Assembly (NCBI GenBank): GCA_020636955.1 | Contig: JACJWY010000010.1 | Span: 20,716-84,715, forward strand | Source: Thermoleophilales bacterium | GTDB lineage: Bacteria; Actinomycetota; Thermoleophilia; Solirubrobacterales; 70-9 | DNA: 64,000 nucleotides | Reading direction: 5' to 3' | Shown: positions 1-9,420 of the stretch, in pieces | How the letters are laid out: every line of letters begins with the position of its first letter | Numbering within the stretch: position 1 is the first letter of the stretch | Program-made: the position numbers and the translations under genes | Notes under the pieces: generated by a model | Told to the model about the DNA's origin: nothing | What the model saw: only the letters and a program-made list of their open reading frames with translations | Databases searched by the model: none

Positions 1-2150
1 GCGATCACCTTGTTGCTGTGGCCGCCGGAGCCGGTAGTGACCGTATCCGCGGTTCCGTTCTTGGCGTCGAGAGTGTCAATCCCTCCGCGGCCGAAAATCA
101 CCGACTTGCCGTCCTGGGCTTTGCTTCGCTTGCCGACGATCAGCCAGTCGTTGGACTCGGTTCCTTCGAGCTTCTCGATGTCATTGGCGATCTGCGTGCG
201 CGCTCCGCTACAGCCGCTTCCGTTCCACTCGGCGTAGCCGCCGGCCAGAGACGCTTTGACACCGCGCTCCGCTCCGGCGAAGACCACGCTGTCGGTTCCG
301 CCGTCACCTTCAAGATCGGCGCCCAGGCAGGGGTCAACAACCCTGAAGATGTCGGTGTCCGGCCCGCCGGTGATCGAAATGTCATCCTGGGCGTAGAGCA
401 CGTCGAGTCCGTCCCCACCGTTGATTGTGCTGCCGGCGCTGCCCGGGTCAGTCGAGATGAAGTCCTTACTCGGACCGCCCTGGATCGAGTTCTTGCCCCT
501 GCCACCATTGATTGTGGTGGTGAGGATGTCCGGGATCGAGTTCCCCAGTTTGATCGAGTCGGCGCCGTCGTCGCCGTAGACGAGCATCCCGTTCAGGTTG
601 TTCGGATCGACCGGACAGTCGATCTCGCTTTTCTGGCTGCTGTTTCTCTTGCAGAGCCCGGAGGGGATCGCGCCACCCGGATCGGTGACTTCGAAGCGGT
701 CGGCTCCACCGTTGTAGCCGATCGAGATGTCGTCGGCGCTCCGGCTGCCCATCACGATCAGGAGGCCACCCTTGGTGATGTCGACCTGGCTGTTACCTGA
801 TCCGGGATCGCCCGGCGAGTTCTCGTTGCAGTTGACCTGACGGCCGCCGGAGCAATCGTTCTGGCCGAGGCCACCGTCGATGTTGTCACCGTTTTGCCCG
901 ACGATGTAGTCGTCGCCGAGGCCGGCTTCTATGTCGTTATCAACCCCGGGGGCGCCGATTATCTCGTCGTCGAAAGCCGAACCGATCACGTCCTCGATGC
1001 CGTCGAACTTGTAGCCGGAATAGCCGAGGGAAGTTCCGGCTCGGAGGTTGACCTCCACGCCGGTGATCGAACCGCTCCGGCCCGAAGGGGTGTGGGCGGC
1101 AAAAGAGATGGTGTCGCGGCCGTCGCCACCGTGGAACTTTCCCTGGCCGCGGGCCGTGGTCACGAAGAGGTCATCGCCGCCGTACCCGTAGACAGTCTTG
1201 ATACCGGAGTTGTAGATCATCGTGTCACCCTTGGAGGTGCCGTAAATCCAGTCGTCACCCTCGCCGCCGTCGAAGTAGGCCGGGCCGTAACTGTTCGGCT
1301 GATTGCCGAGCAGGCGGTCGTTGCCCTGTTCCCCGAACAGCTTCTCCAGCACACCGCCACTGGTCCGACCGCCATTTGAATAAAGGAAATCTGATCCGTT
1401 GCCGCCATGCAGTTCGGACACCGCGTTGCCGAGGCTGTAGATCTTGTCCGACCCGGTGTAGCCGAGCAGCCTGTTGCCGTTGCCGCTGTAGTCGTAAATC
1501 GAATCATTGCCCCCCAGACCGTTGATCACGTCCCGGTCAGGAAGGTTTTTCGGGTTCTTCTTCGGCCCGCCGTAAAGCTTGTCGTTGGCCTGCGAGCCCT
1601 CGATCCGGTCGTTGCCGAGGCCGCCGTCAACGATTCCCTTGGTGGTCTTGGCGTTAAGGGAGATGCGGTCATCGCCCTCATCCCCGTCGATCTTGATCAG
1701 GTTTCCCTTGCCGGTGCGGATCTTGTCGTCGCCAGGCCCGCCATGGACCTCCAGTTTGTTGCCTTTCTCGGTTTCGATCTGGTCATCACCGGGGCCTCCG
1801 TACACCGTGGCGTCACCCTTGGCGGGATGGATCCTGTCGTTGCCCGGCCCGCCGTCGGTGAATGACCAGCCCTTGCCGGCAAAAATCGTCTGGGGGCCGT
1901 CACCGGCACAGATCCGGGTGAACGCCTTGCCGACCACGGTGATCCCGTTGCCCTCGACCCGGACCACCTCCCGAGCCCCGACCGTCACTTTCTTGTGGCT
2001 CCCGGTGATCACCCGGTCCACGCTCTTGCCGAAGCACTTGTCGGCTGCGTTTGAGGTCCCGATCTGCATCAGGAGCAGCCCGATCAGCAGCACCGACAGA
2101 ACGGTGATGGAACCGAAGACGAAAAACTCTTTGGACTTGCCCAGACTCAT
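1..2150 (-). CDS. Secreted calcium-binding repeat protein (hemolysin/RTX-type GGxGxD repeats); 3' end runs off the window
   Basis: Absent from the ORF track because it has no in-window stop. The reverse complement from ATG 2150-2148 reads MSLGKSKEFFVFGSITVLSVLLIGLLLMQIGTSNAADKCFGKS (hydrophobic signal/anchor). This is followed by many units such as GGPGNDRIH, GGPGDDQIE, GGPGDDKIR, GDEGDDRIS, GGLGNDRIEG. My hand translation stays open to position 3. Confidence 0.8.
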   Translation of the reverse strand, partial: MSLGKSKEFFVFGSITVLSVLLIGLLLMQIGTSNAADKCFGKSVDRVITGSHKKVTVGAREVVRVEGNGITVVGKAFTRICAGDGPQTIFAGKGWSFTDGGPGNDRIHPAKGDATVYGGPGDDQIETEKGNKLEVHGGPGDDKIRTGKGNLIKIDGDEGDDRISLNAKTTKGIVDGGLGNDRIEGSQANDKLYGGPKKNPKNLPDRDVINGLGGNDSIYDYSGNGNRLLGYTGSDKIYSLGNAVSELHGGNGSDFLYSNGGRTSGGVLEKLFGEQGNDRLLGNQPNSYGPAYFDGGEGDDWIYGTSKGDTMIYNSGIKTVYGYGGDDLFVTTARGQGKFHGGDGRDTISFAAHTPSGRSGSITGVEVNLRAGTSLGYSGYKFDGIEDVIGSAFDDEIIGAPGVDNDIEAGLGDDYIVGQNGDNIDGGLGQNDCSGGRQVNCNENSPGDPGSGNSQVDITKGGLLIVMGSRSADDISIGYNGGADRFEVTDPGGAIPSGLCKRNSSQKSEIDCPVDPNNLNGMLVYGDDGADSIKLGNSIPDILTTTINGGRGKNSIQGGPSKDFISTDPGSAGSTINGGDGLDVLYAQDDISITGGPDTDIFRVVDPCLGADLEGDGGTDSVVFAGAERGVKASLAGGYAEWNGSGCSGARTQIANDIEKLEGTESNDWLIVGKRSKAQDGKSVIFGRGGIDTLDAKNGTADTVTTGSGGHSNKVI

Positions 2151-2249
2151 GTTGACCTTTGACGGGCCCGGTCCCCTCGAGTGGCAACCAGCTCCGGCTG
2201 CCTCACTAACGCCCCCAAGGGGCATCCGCTGCCCCGTCACCCGGAACTC

Positions 2250-2255
2250 TAGACT
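2250..2255 (+). promoter_or_regulatory. Candidate -10 hexamer TAGACT, 8 nt upstream of ATG 2264 (leaderless or very short leader)
   Basis: TANNNT-type hexamer read directly. No Shine-Dalgarno lies between it and the start. Confidence 0.35.
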
Positions 2256-2263
2256 AGTTCGCG

Positions 2264-3199
2264 ATGTCTGACAAGAATTTTTCGCGTCCCGAACGCGTCC
2301 TCGTCACTGGTGGGACCGGCCTGATCGGCTCAACCCTCTGCAACGCACTGATCGACCGGGGAGACTCGGTGGTCGGACTCAGCCGGGATCCGGAGCGGGC
2401 GGCGCGGAGCCTGCCCCGGGTCGAGTGGCATGGCTGGGAAGGCGAACGCGAAAGGCCTCCCCGGGAGGCATTCGAGGGTGTCGACGCAGTCATAAACCTC
2501 GCCGGGGAGCCAATAAATCAGCGCTGGAACGACGACGTGAAGGACCGGATCGCCCGTAGCCGTATCAAGGCGACAAAGAACCTGGTCGCAAAGATTGCAG
2601 CTCTCGACGAAAAGCCGAAAGCCCTGATTTCCGGCTCCGCGATCGGCTATTACGGTGATCGCGGTGACGAGTTGCTTTACGAAGACGCCGGGCCCGGGGA
2701 TGATTTCCTGGCCGGCATCGTCGTGCGGTGGGAGGAAGCCGCCCGTTCGGCCGAAGAGCTTGGTTTGCGGGTGGCGATGATCCGTTCCGGCCACGTGCTT
2801 GATCCGCGTGGGGGCCTGCTCAAGGAACTGCTCCTGCCCTTCAAGATGGGCGTGGGCGGCCCGATCGCCGGCGGCAAGCAATACATGTCCTGGATCCACC
2901 GTCACGATGAAATCGGAATCCTGCTCTGGGCCCTTGAAAACGAGGCGGTCAGCGGACCGGTCAACGCGACCGCCCCGAACCCCGTTACCAACAAGGAGTT
3001 CTCGAAGGTTCTGGGCAAGGAACTTGGCCGGCCTTCGATTCTGCCCCTGCCGGGATTTGCGATCGACATCGTCAAGGGCGGCGGGGTCGGTCACGCGGCC
3101 CGTGAAGGCCAGCGGGTCTTTCCCAAGAAGGCCACCGACGGCGGCTACGAGTTCAAGCAGCCGGATTTGGCCGGCGCCCTCGCAAATCTGCTCTCCTGA
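2264..3199 (+). CDS. TIGR01777/YfcH-family NAD-dependent epimerase/dehydratase-like protein (SDR with DUF1731-type C-terminus)
   Basis: ORF 2264..3199. It has the N-terminal Rossmann motif VLVTGGTGLIGS. The 311-aa length and overall layout are typical of this family. Confidence 0.8.
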   Translation: MSDKNFSRPERVLVTGGTGLIGSTLCNALIDRGDSVVGLSRDPERAARSLPRVEWHGWEGERERPPREAFEGVDAVINLAGEPINQRWNDDVKDRIARSRIKATKNLVAKIAALDEKPKALISGSAIGYYGDRGDELLYEDAGPGDDFLAGIVVRWEEAARSAEELGLRVAMIRSGHVLDPRGGLLKELLLPFKMGVGGPIAGGKQYMSWIHRHDEIGILLWALENEAVSGPVNATAPNPVTNKEFSKVLGKELGRPSILPLPGFAIDIVKGGGVGHAAREGQRVFPKKATDGGYEFKQPDLAGALANLLS

Positions 3200-3225
3200 A
3201 GGCCGGTCGCCGTTGGCGACAGTCG

Positions 3226-4254
3226 TCAGTCCGGATAGCCGTATCTGGCTTCGACCATTCGCTGCGCCGGGACGATCTTCGATTCGTCGACCGCGTCCGC
3301 CAGCGGGGCGAGCTCGATCGAGGTTCCGCGCAGCGTGGTCATCTTGCCCCAGTGCCCCTCGCTTGCCGCTTCAATCGCCTTGTAGCCGAGGCGGGTAGCC
3401 AGCACCCGGTCGAAGGCGGTCGGGGTGCCGCCTCGCTGCAGGTGGCCGAGCACCACGGACCGGGCTTCCCGGCCGGTCTTTTCCTCGATCCGGTCGGCCA
3501 GCCAGCCGGCGATCCCTCCGAGCCGAACATGTCCGAATGCGTCGGTTCCAGCGGCGGAGGTGACCTCGCTGCCTTCCTTCGGCACCGCCCCTTCCGAGGC
3601 GACTATCAGCGGTGCGACTCCGGCCTCGAAGCAGGCCTCGACATGGGTGCAGATCTCGGCCAGGTCGAACTCTTCCTCCGGCACCAGGATCAGATCCGCG
3701 CCGCCGGCCATGCCGCCGTGTAGCGCGATCCAGCCGGCATGCCGACCCATGACCTCGACGACTAGGGCCCTGTGGTGGCTGGTGCCGGTGGTTCTGAGCC
3801 GGTCCAGCGATTCCATGACGATGTTGACGGCCGTGTCGAAGCCGAATGTGTAATCGGTGGCGTTCAGGTCGTTGTCGATCGTCTTCGGCACGCCGACCAC
3901 CCCGAGGCCACTGTCGGTGAGCACCCGGGCCACACCGAGGGTGTCGTCGCCGCCGATCGCAATCAGCCCGTCCAGCCCGTCGGAGCGGACATTTTCGATC
4001 ACGGTCTCGATTCCGCCACCGACGGCTTCCGGGTTGGTCCGGGAGGAGCCGAGGATGGTGCCGCCCTGGGCGAGAATTCCGCGGACGTCTTCGACCCCGA
4101 GTCCGATCGACTGGTTTTCCAGGGGCCCTTTCCAGCCGTCGATGTAACCAGTGAACTCGTGACCCCATTCGCGACTGCCGCGCAACACGACGGCACGGAT
4201 CACGGCATTGAGGCCGGGGCAATCACCCCCGCCGGTCAACACCCCGATCCGCAC
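3226..4254 (-). CDS. pfkA: 6-phosphofructokinase (signature residues suggest a PPi-dependent type)
   Basis: ORF 3226..4401 trimmed to in-frame GTG 4254, so the protein begins VRIGVLTGGGDCPGLNAVIRAVV (canonical PFK N-terminus). AAGGA lies upstream. Motifs IAIGGDDTLG and VPKTIDNDL are present. Confidence 0.9.
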   Translation of the reverse strand: MRIGVLTGGGDCPGLNAVIRAVVLRGSREWGHEFTGYIDGWKGPLENQSIGLGVEDVRGILAQGGTILGSSRTNPEAVGGGIETVIENVRSDGLDGLIAIGGDDTLGVARVLTDSGLGVVGVPKTIDNDLNATDYTFGFDTAVNIVMESLDRLRTTGTSHHRALVVEVMGRHAGWIALHGGMAGGADLILVPEEEFDLAEICTHVEACFEAGVAPLIVASEGAVPKEGSEVTSAAGTDAFGHVRLGGIAGWLADRIEEKTGREARSVVLGHLQRGGTPTAFDRVLATRLGYKAIEAASEGHWGKMTTLRGTSIELAPLADAVDESKIVPAQRMVEARYGYPD

Positions 4255-4258
4255 GGAA

Positions 4259-4438
4259 TCAGTCCTTGGAAGGTCGGAGGGCCTTGCCCTTTTCGATGAG
4301 CGGCTGGGCGACGTGAATGAACGCGCCAATGAACAGCACACCGAAAAAGACGAGTCCGGCAACCGGACCGCCCTGACCCTGCGAGTACGAGAAGACCGCA
4401 AGGGCGAGGGCGACGAAGAATGTGACCGGGATCAGCAT
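4259..4438 (-). CDS. Small hydrophobic protein, 59 aa, two predicted TM helices
   Basis: Below the ORF-track size cutoff. Hand translation gives MLIPVTFFVALALAVFSYSQGQGGPVAGLVFFGVLFIGAFIHVAQPLIEKGKALRPSKD*. Third codon positions are mostly G/C. It exactly fills the trpA-pfkA gap, with AGGA upstream. Confidence 0.45.
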   Translation of the reverse strand: MLIPVTFFVALALAVFSYSQGQGGPVAGLVFFGVLFIGAFIHVAQPLIEKGKALRPSKD

Positions 4439-4449
4439 CGGCGCGAATC

Positions 4450-5268
4450 CTACCTGACACCGGAGCGGGCCGACGCCACGGCCGCCGCGGCCTCGGAGAT
4501 GAATTCACCGACCGCCTCCGCCGCCCGTTCCGGCCCCGCTTCGGCAGTGATCCGGACCAGTTTCGAACCGATGATCACCCCGTCGGCAAGCTGCCCCACG
4601 GTCGCCGCATGTTCGGGTGATCCGATCCCGAACCCGACCGCGACCGGCACTTCCGACTTCGACTCGACGTCTCCGACCAGTTCCTGCAGGTGGGCGGGAA
4701 CCTCCGCCCTTTCCCCGGTAGTGCCGACGCTGGAAACCACATAGACGAAACCACTGGCAATCCTGCAGATCTCGGACCTTCGCTCGCCCAGGGTGGTCGG
4801 GGCGACGAGCGGTACCACGGCCAGCCCGGCCGCCTTCATCTGCTCCCGGATCGACTCGTCCTCGCCGAGCGGCAGGTCGGGCACGATCACCCCGCAGGCG
4901 CCGGCCTCCGCCGCCCTGGCCGCGAAGGCGGATGGTCCGTCTCCTCCGAGGATCGAGTTGGTGTAAACCATCAACACCACCGGTACCCGGTCGGCCACCT
5001 CGCGGCAGATCGCCAGGACGTCGTCAAGCTTCGTTCCGGCTTCAAGCGCCTTCACGGCTGCCTCGTGAATCACCGGCCCGTCGGCCAGGGGATCCGAGAA
5101 GGGCACGCCAAGCTCGATCAGGTCGGCCCCGTTTTCAGCGTAGGACCGGGCCACCGCGATGGAGGTTGCCTGATCGGGAAAGCCGCCCATCATGTACGGC
5201 ATCAACGCGGCCCGTCCTTCCGCTTCCGCGGCTGCGAAAGCGGCGGCAATGCGGTCGGCGCCGCTCAT
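4450..5268 (-). CDS. trpA: Tryptophan synthase alpha chain
   Basis: ORF translation contains [17 protein letters not shown] and is typical TrpA throughout. Its start overlaps the trpB stop by 4 nt. Confidence 0.95.
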   Translation of the reverse strand: MSGADRIAAAFAAAEAEGRAALMPYMMGGFPDQATSIAVARSYAENGADLIELGVPFSDPLADGPVIHEAAVKALEAGTKLDDVLAICREVADRVPVVLMVYTNSILGGDGPSAFAARAAEAGACGVIVPDLPLGEDESIREQMKAAGLAVVPLVAPTTLGERRSEICRIASGFVYVVSSVGTTGERAEVPAHLQELVGDVESKSEVPVAVGFGIGSPEHAATVGQLADGVIIGSKLVRITAEAGPERAAEAVGEFISEAAAAVASARSGVR

Positions 5269-6473
5269 TCCGTTTCCTCCAGGCCGAGCACCTCGGCCAG
5301 GTCCTTGTCCCCGCGGCCGGAGAGGCAGAGCACGTCGTAGTTGCCGTCGGAGTCACCGACCTTGCCTTCGCCGAGGATCCAGGCGATCGCATGCGAGGAC
5401 TCGAGCGCCGGAATAATCCCCTCCAGCTTGCTGAGCCGCCGGAAGGCGGCCAGCGCATCCTGGTCGCTGACGGCCACATAACGAGCCCGACCGATGTCTC
5501 TCAGGTGGGCGTGCTCGGGGCCGGTGCCCGGATAGTCGAGTCCGGCGGATACCGAATGGGCCTCCAGGATCTGTCCTTCGTCGTCGGTCAGAACGGCCGA
5601 AAGCGAGCCGTGAAGCACTGATGTGTTGCCGGCCGTGAGCGAGGCCCCATGCTGGTCAGTTTCGAGCCCGTGGCCGGCGGCTTCAACGCCGATCAGCTCG
5701 ATCCCGTCGTCCGCCACGAAGGCGGTGAAGGTGCCGATCGCGTTCGAGCCGCCACCGACGCAAGCGATCACCCGTCCGGGCAGCTCACCTTCGGCCTGAA
5801 GCGCCTGATCACGGGCTTCGTCACCAATCACCCGCTGGAGGTCCCTGACCAGTTCGGGGAAGGGCGCCGGCCCGACCGCGGAACCGATGATGTAGTGGGT
5901 GTCGGCTACGTTTGCGACCCAGTCGCGAATCGCGGCGCTGACCGCCTCCTTCAGGGTCCGGGCTCCGGCCTCGACCGGCACCACCTCGGCCCCGAGCAGC
6001 TTCATGCGCTCGACGTTCGGCTTCTGGCGGCGGATGTCCTCGCTGCCCATGTAAACGATGCATTCGAGGTCGAGCAGGGCGCAGGCAGTGGCGCTGGCCA
6101 CCCCATGCTGGCCGGCCCCGGTCTCGGCGATGATTCGCGGCTTGCCCATCCGCTTGGCCAGCAGGGCCTGTCCGATCGCATTGTTGATTTTGTGGGCACC
6201 GGTGTGGTTGAGGTCCTCACGCTTCAGGTAGACCTTGCGGCCGGCTTCGTGACTTAGCCGAGACGCCAGGTAAAGCGGTGACGGGCGTCCGACATAGTCG
6301 CGAAGCAAGACGACCAGCTCCTCGGTGAATACCGGGTCCTGCCGGGCCTCTGCCCAGGCCGCGGTCAGCTCATCGAGGGCCGGAATCAGGGTCTCGGGAA
6401 CGTAGCGGCCTCCGTAGGGCCCGAATCGTCCCGGCAGCTCGCCCGCAGTCGATTCGGCGATGTTCTCGCTCAT
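5265..6473 (-). CDS. trpB: Tryptophan synthase beta chain
   Basis: PLP-lysine motif HTGAHKINN and GGGSNAIG are present. It overlaps trpF by 4 nt. Confidence 0.97.
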   Translation of the reverse strand: MSENIAESTAGELPGRFGPYGGRYVPETLIPALDELTAAWAEARQDPVFTEELVVLLRDYVGRPSPLYLASRLSHEAGRKVYLKREDLNHTGAHKINNAIGQALLAKRMGKPRIIAETGAGQHGVASATACALLDLECIVYMGSEDIRRQKPNVERMKLLGAEVVPVEAGARTLKEAVSAAIRDWVANVADTHYIIGSAVGPAPFPELVRDLQRVIGDEARDQALQAEGELPGRVIACVGGGSNAIGTFTAFVADDGIELIGVEAAGHGLETDQHGASLTAGNTSVLHGSLSAVLTDDEGQILEAHSVSAGLDYPGTGPEHAHLRDIGRARYVAVSDQDALAAFRRLSKLEGIIPALESSHAIAWILGEGKVGDSDGNYDVLCLSGRGDKDLAEVLGLEETE

Positions 6474-7108
6474 GCGCCGGCCACCGGGGAGTAACGGGCC
6501 GCCTGGAAGAAGCTGGCCAGCTTGCCGTGGTCCTTGATGCCCGGTTCCTTTTCGACCCCGGAAGCGACGTCGACCGCATCGGGTCTGACGATCCGGATCG
6601 CTTCGGTCACATTGTCCGGGGTGAGCCCCCCGGCGAGGATGAACGGAATCGCGGAGTGGTGGTTGGCGAGCAGTTCCCAGTCGAACGTCTCCCCGGTACC
6701 GCCGAAGCTGCCCTTGCGGCCGGTGTCGAACATGTGGAAATCAGCGAAGCGATAAGCGGTGCTTGCCTTCACGTCTGCCTGGCTGGAGATGTGGAAGGCC
6801 TTGATCACCTTGAGGCCGGTGCGACGACTGACTTCGGTGCAGAAATTCGCGCCTTCGTTGCCGCTCAGCTGGATCATCGTCAGCTGGGCGTTCTCGGCCG
6901 CCTGGACCACCCGCTCGATGGTCGGGTTGACGAAAACGCCGACCACCTCGCAGCGGCGACGAAACTCTTCGCCGATCCCGGCCGCGACCGAGGCCTTGAC
7001 GAAGCGGGGACTCTCCTTGTGATGGATCAGCCCGATCGCCCAGGCGCCATGCTCGACGGCGGCCTCGGCATCGTCCCGATTGGTGATTCCACAGACTTTT
7101 ACCTTCAC
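6470..7108 (-). CDS. trpF: Phosphoribosylanthranilate isomerase
   Basis: [28 protein letters not shown]... is a typical TrpF N-terminus. Length is 212 aa. GTG start at 7108. Confidence 0.9.
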   Translation of the reverse strand: MKVKVCGITNRDDAEAAVEHGAWAIGLIHHKESPRFVKASVAAGIGEEFRRRCEVVGVFVNPTIERVVQAAENAQLTMIQLSGNEGANFCTEVSRRTGLKVIKAFHISSQADVKASTAYRFADFHMFDTGRKGSFGGTGETFDWELLANHHSAIPFILAGGLTPDNVTEAIRIVRPDAVDVASGVEKEPGIKDHGKLASFFQAARYSPVAGA

Positions 7109-7114
7109 CAGTCA

Positions 7115-7120
7115 AGGGTA
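7115..7120 (-). promoter_or_regulatory. Candidate -10 hexamer TACCCT, 6 nt upstream of the trpF GTG
   Basis: The minus strand reads CATACCCTTGACTGGTG. The same TACCCT hexamer at 6-nt spacing precedes yqeY and proA. Confidence 0.35.
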
Positions 7121-7127
7121 TGACAAC

Positions 7128-7148
7128 GGGCCGCCGTGCTGGCGGCCC
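7128..7148 (-). terminator. GC-rich hairpin (8-bp stem GGGCCGCC/GGCGGCCC, 5-nt loop) downstream of htrA
   Basis: Read directly. On the minus strand it is followed by GTTGTCAT, only a weak U-tract. Confidence 0.45.
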
Positions 7149-7180
7149 GCTGGTTCAGGAGAGAATTTCCTCCGCGACCT

Positions 7181-8449
7181 TTATTGACCGAAACCGGGCA
7201 ACTCCTGCTGGCCACCCTGGCCCGACGAACTCTGGGTTGAGCTGTTGTCGTCCGGCCTGGTGCCAAGGGTCACGGTTACTGTGCTGGTGTCACCGTTTCG
7301 CTCGACTTCAAGGTCCATCTCGTCACCGACCTTGGCGTCGTTGACGGCCGCGATCAGATCTTCCATCGAGCTGAGATCCTTGCCATTGACCTTGGTGATC
7401 ACGTCCCCGCCGGCCATCACGCGCTGGCCCTGGATGGTGACGGCCGTGTCCCCGGCCTTGATCCCGGCCTTCGCCGCGGGACCATCCTTGGGAGCTTCCT
7501 GGACCAGGACACCGCTGTCGGTGCCGAGGTTCAGGGCGTCAGCCAGTTGCTGGTTGATGGTGGCTCCGCTGATTCCGAGGTAGGCGTGTTCGGCCTTGCC
7601 GTCTTCGATCAGCTGGCCGACCACATCCTTCACGGTGTTTGAGGGAATCGCGAATCCGATGCCGACGTTGCCGCTGGTGCTGGAACCTGTGCCGGTGGCG
7701 ATCTGCGAGTTGACCCCGATCACGTTTCCGTCCGCGTCGATCAGCGGCCCGCCGGAGTTACCGGGGTTGATCGCCGCGTCGGTCTGGATCACATTCGAGA
7801 TCGCGTAGTTGGTGAGGCTGGAAATCTCCCGCTGGAGAGCTGAAACGATGCCGGTGGTGACCGTGCGATCGAGTCCGAAGGGGTTGCCGATCGCGACGAC
7901 CGGGTCGCCGACCTTCACGTCGCTGGAGTCACCGAGCTTCAGCGGCTTCATTTCGCTTTCGGGTGCATCGACCTTGATTACGGCCAGGTCGGTCGAGGGG
8001 TCGGTACCGACGACGCTCGCTTCATAGACAGCATCAGAATCACCGAGGGTGACCGTGATTTTCTTCGCACCTTCGATCACGTGATTGTTCGTGACCATGT
8101 GGCCGTCGGTGTCGATGAGGAATCCCGAACCGGTAGCGGTACTGGTGCCCTGCTGCTGGCCGAAGGGGTCGAAGGCACTGCTCGACCCGGTGCTGATGCC
8201 CGAGGCAGTGATGAACCCGACTCCGTCACTGTCCCGGTTATAGATCTGGTTGACGATGTTGCCGCTGCTGCTTTCCCGGGCCGGCGTGGTCGTGGTGGAA
8301 GTCAGGGATTGCACTGTCGTCTCGTCCTTGCCGATCCAGCCGGCGGCAATCGCGATGAAGCCGGCTACGGCAACAACAAGGCCGCCCATGAGGCCGGCCA
8401 GGAAAATGGAGCGCAGTGAGCGCTTCGGAGCATCGGAAGTCTCGTTCAT
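7181..8449 (-). CDS. htrA: HtrA/DegP-family membrane-anchored serine protease (trypsin-like domain plus one PDZ)
   Basis: N-terminal TM segment LAGLMGGLVVAVAGFIAIAAGW. Catalytic contexts VTNNHV, DLAVIK and GNSGGPLID are present. A C-terminal PDZ-like region follows. Confidence 0.9.
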   Translation of the reverse strand: MNETSDAPKRSLRSIFLAGLMGGLVVAVAGFIAIAAGWIGKDETTVQSLTSTTTTPARESSSGNIVNQIYNRDSDGVGFITASGISTGSSSAFDPFGQQQGTSTATGSGFLIDTDGHMVTNNHVIEGAKKITVTLGDSDAVYEASVVGTDPSTDLAVIKVDAPESEMKPLKLGDSSDVKVGDPVVAIGNPFGLDRTVTTGIVSALQREISSLTNYAISNVIQTDAAINPGNSGGPLIDADGNVIGVNSQIATGTGSSTSGNVGIGFAIPSNTVKDVVGQLIEDGKAEHAYLGISGATINQQLADALNLGTDSGVLVQEAPKDGPAAKAGIKAGDTAVTIQGQRVMAGGDVITKVNGKDLSSMEDLIAAVNDAKVGDEMDLEVERNGDTSTVTVTLGTRPDDNSSTQSSSGQGGQQELPGFGQ

Positions 8450-8455
8450 GACGGG

Positions 8456-8461
8456 AAAATA
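8456..8461 (-). promoter_or_regulatory. Candidate -10 hexamer TATTTT, 6 nt upstream of htrA ATG 8449, in a locally AT-rich stretch
   Basis: The minus strand reads GGTTTTTATTTTCCCGTCATG. Confidence 0.4.
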
Positions 8462-8480
8462 AAAACCACCCTCATTGGCC

Positions 8481-8511
8481 TTTCCTAAGCCAGAATCTAA
8501 GGTTTCCTAAA
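8481..8511 (-). promoter_or_regulatory. Helically phased direct repeats upstream of htrA; candidate response-regulator site
   Basis: Plus-strand TTTCCTAA occurs at 8481-8488 and 8503-8510 (22-bp period). The CTAA(G/A) core occurs at 8485, 8497 and 8507, roughly every 11 bp. The repeats sit over the expected -35 region. Confidence 0.4.
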
Positions 8512-8599
8512 CCTGAGAATCGGCTGGGAGTCCCGGAGCCCCGAGCCGTGTGTTCACGCCGCCGGACCCGGTGGCCACACCAGCCCTGCTCCCGGGCAT

Positions 8600-9406
8600 T
8601 TAGGGCAGGAAGTGTTCCGTGGTGGCGTCGCCCATGCCGGCGAGGAGCCGAACCATTTCCTCGGGGTTGTCCGAACGCATCAGGGATTCGCCGATCAGGG
8701 CTGCGTCAACTCCGACCCTTTCGAGTTCGACCAGTTCTTCCCGGTTGGAGATGCCCGATTCCGAAACGACTGTGGTTCCGGTCGGGACGTCGGTGATCAG
8801 GTCGTAGGTGGTCTGGATGTCGACCACGCCGGTATCGAGATTCCGGTTGTTTATGCCGATCACCTCGGCCCCGGATTCAACGGCGCGGTCGAGTTCTTCC
8901 TCGTCGTGGATCTCGACCAGGCAGTCGAGGTCGAGTTCGGTTGCCCTGAGCTGGAAGTCCCGGAGCCGATCATCATCGAGGACCGCCGCGATCAGGAGCA
9001 CGGCATCGGCACCGCCGACCGCTGCCTCATAGAGCTGGTACTGATCGACCACGAAATCCTTGCGCAGCACCGGCAGGCTGCAGGCGGCACGGGCAGCAGC
9101 GAGATCTTCCAGGCGTCCATCAAAGTGTTTCTCGTCGGTAAGCACCGATAGAGCCGCAGCTCCTCCGGCCTCGTAGGCCCTGACCTGATCCGGCAGCTCG
9201 ACCCCGGGCGCGATCTCGCCGGCACTCGGAGATTTACGTTTGTACTCGCAGATCAGCGACATGCCGGGACGGGTCAGTGCCTCCTGGAAAGGCCGGTCGT
9301 GGTCACGGTCACCAAGTCTGGTCTCAAGCTCGGCAAGCGGCACCTGCCGGCTGCGGTCCTTGACACCCTGGCTCGCGGCCGAAATCAGTTGCTCAAGTAT
9401 TCCCAC
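8600..9406 (-). CDS. trpC: Indole-3-glycerol phosphate synthase
   Basis: Typical TrpC translation (ICEYKRKSPSAGEI, LRKDFVVDQYQLYEA, IGINNRNL). Confidence 0.95.
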   Translation of the reverse strand: MGILEQLISAASQGVKDRSRQVPLAELETRLGDRDHDRPFQEALTRPGMSLICEYKRKSPSAGEIAPGVELPDQVRAYEAGGAAALSVLTDEKHFDGRLEDLAAARAACSLPVLRKDFVVDQYQLYEAAVGGADAVLLIAAVLDDDRLRDFQLRATELDLDCLVEIHDEEELDRAVESGAEVIGINNRNLDTGVVDIQTTYDLITDVPTGTTVVSESGISNREELVELERVGVDAALIGESLMRSDNPEEMVRLLAGMGDATTEHFLP

Positions 9407-9420
9407 GGTCTGAGCAGACT

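Noticed and set aside
18-2271. Plus-strand ORFs 18..800, 894..1379, 1407..1865 and 1579..2271
   Set aside because: They are shadow frames of the minus-strand RTX-like gene. Only the minus frame gives a signal peptide and regular GGxGxD repeats.
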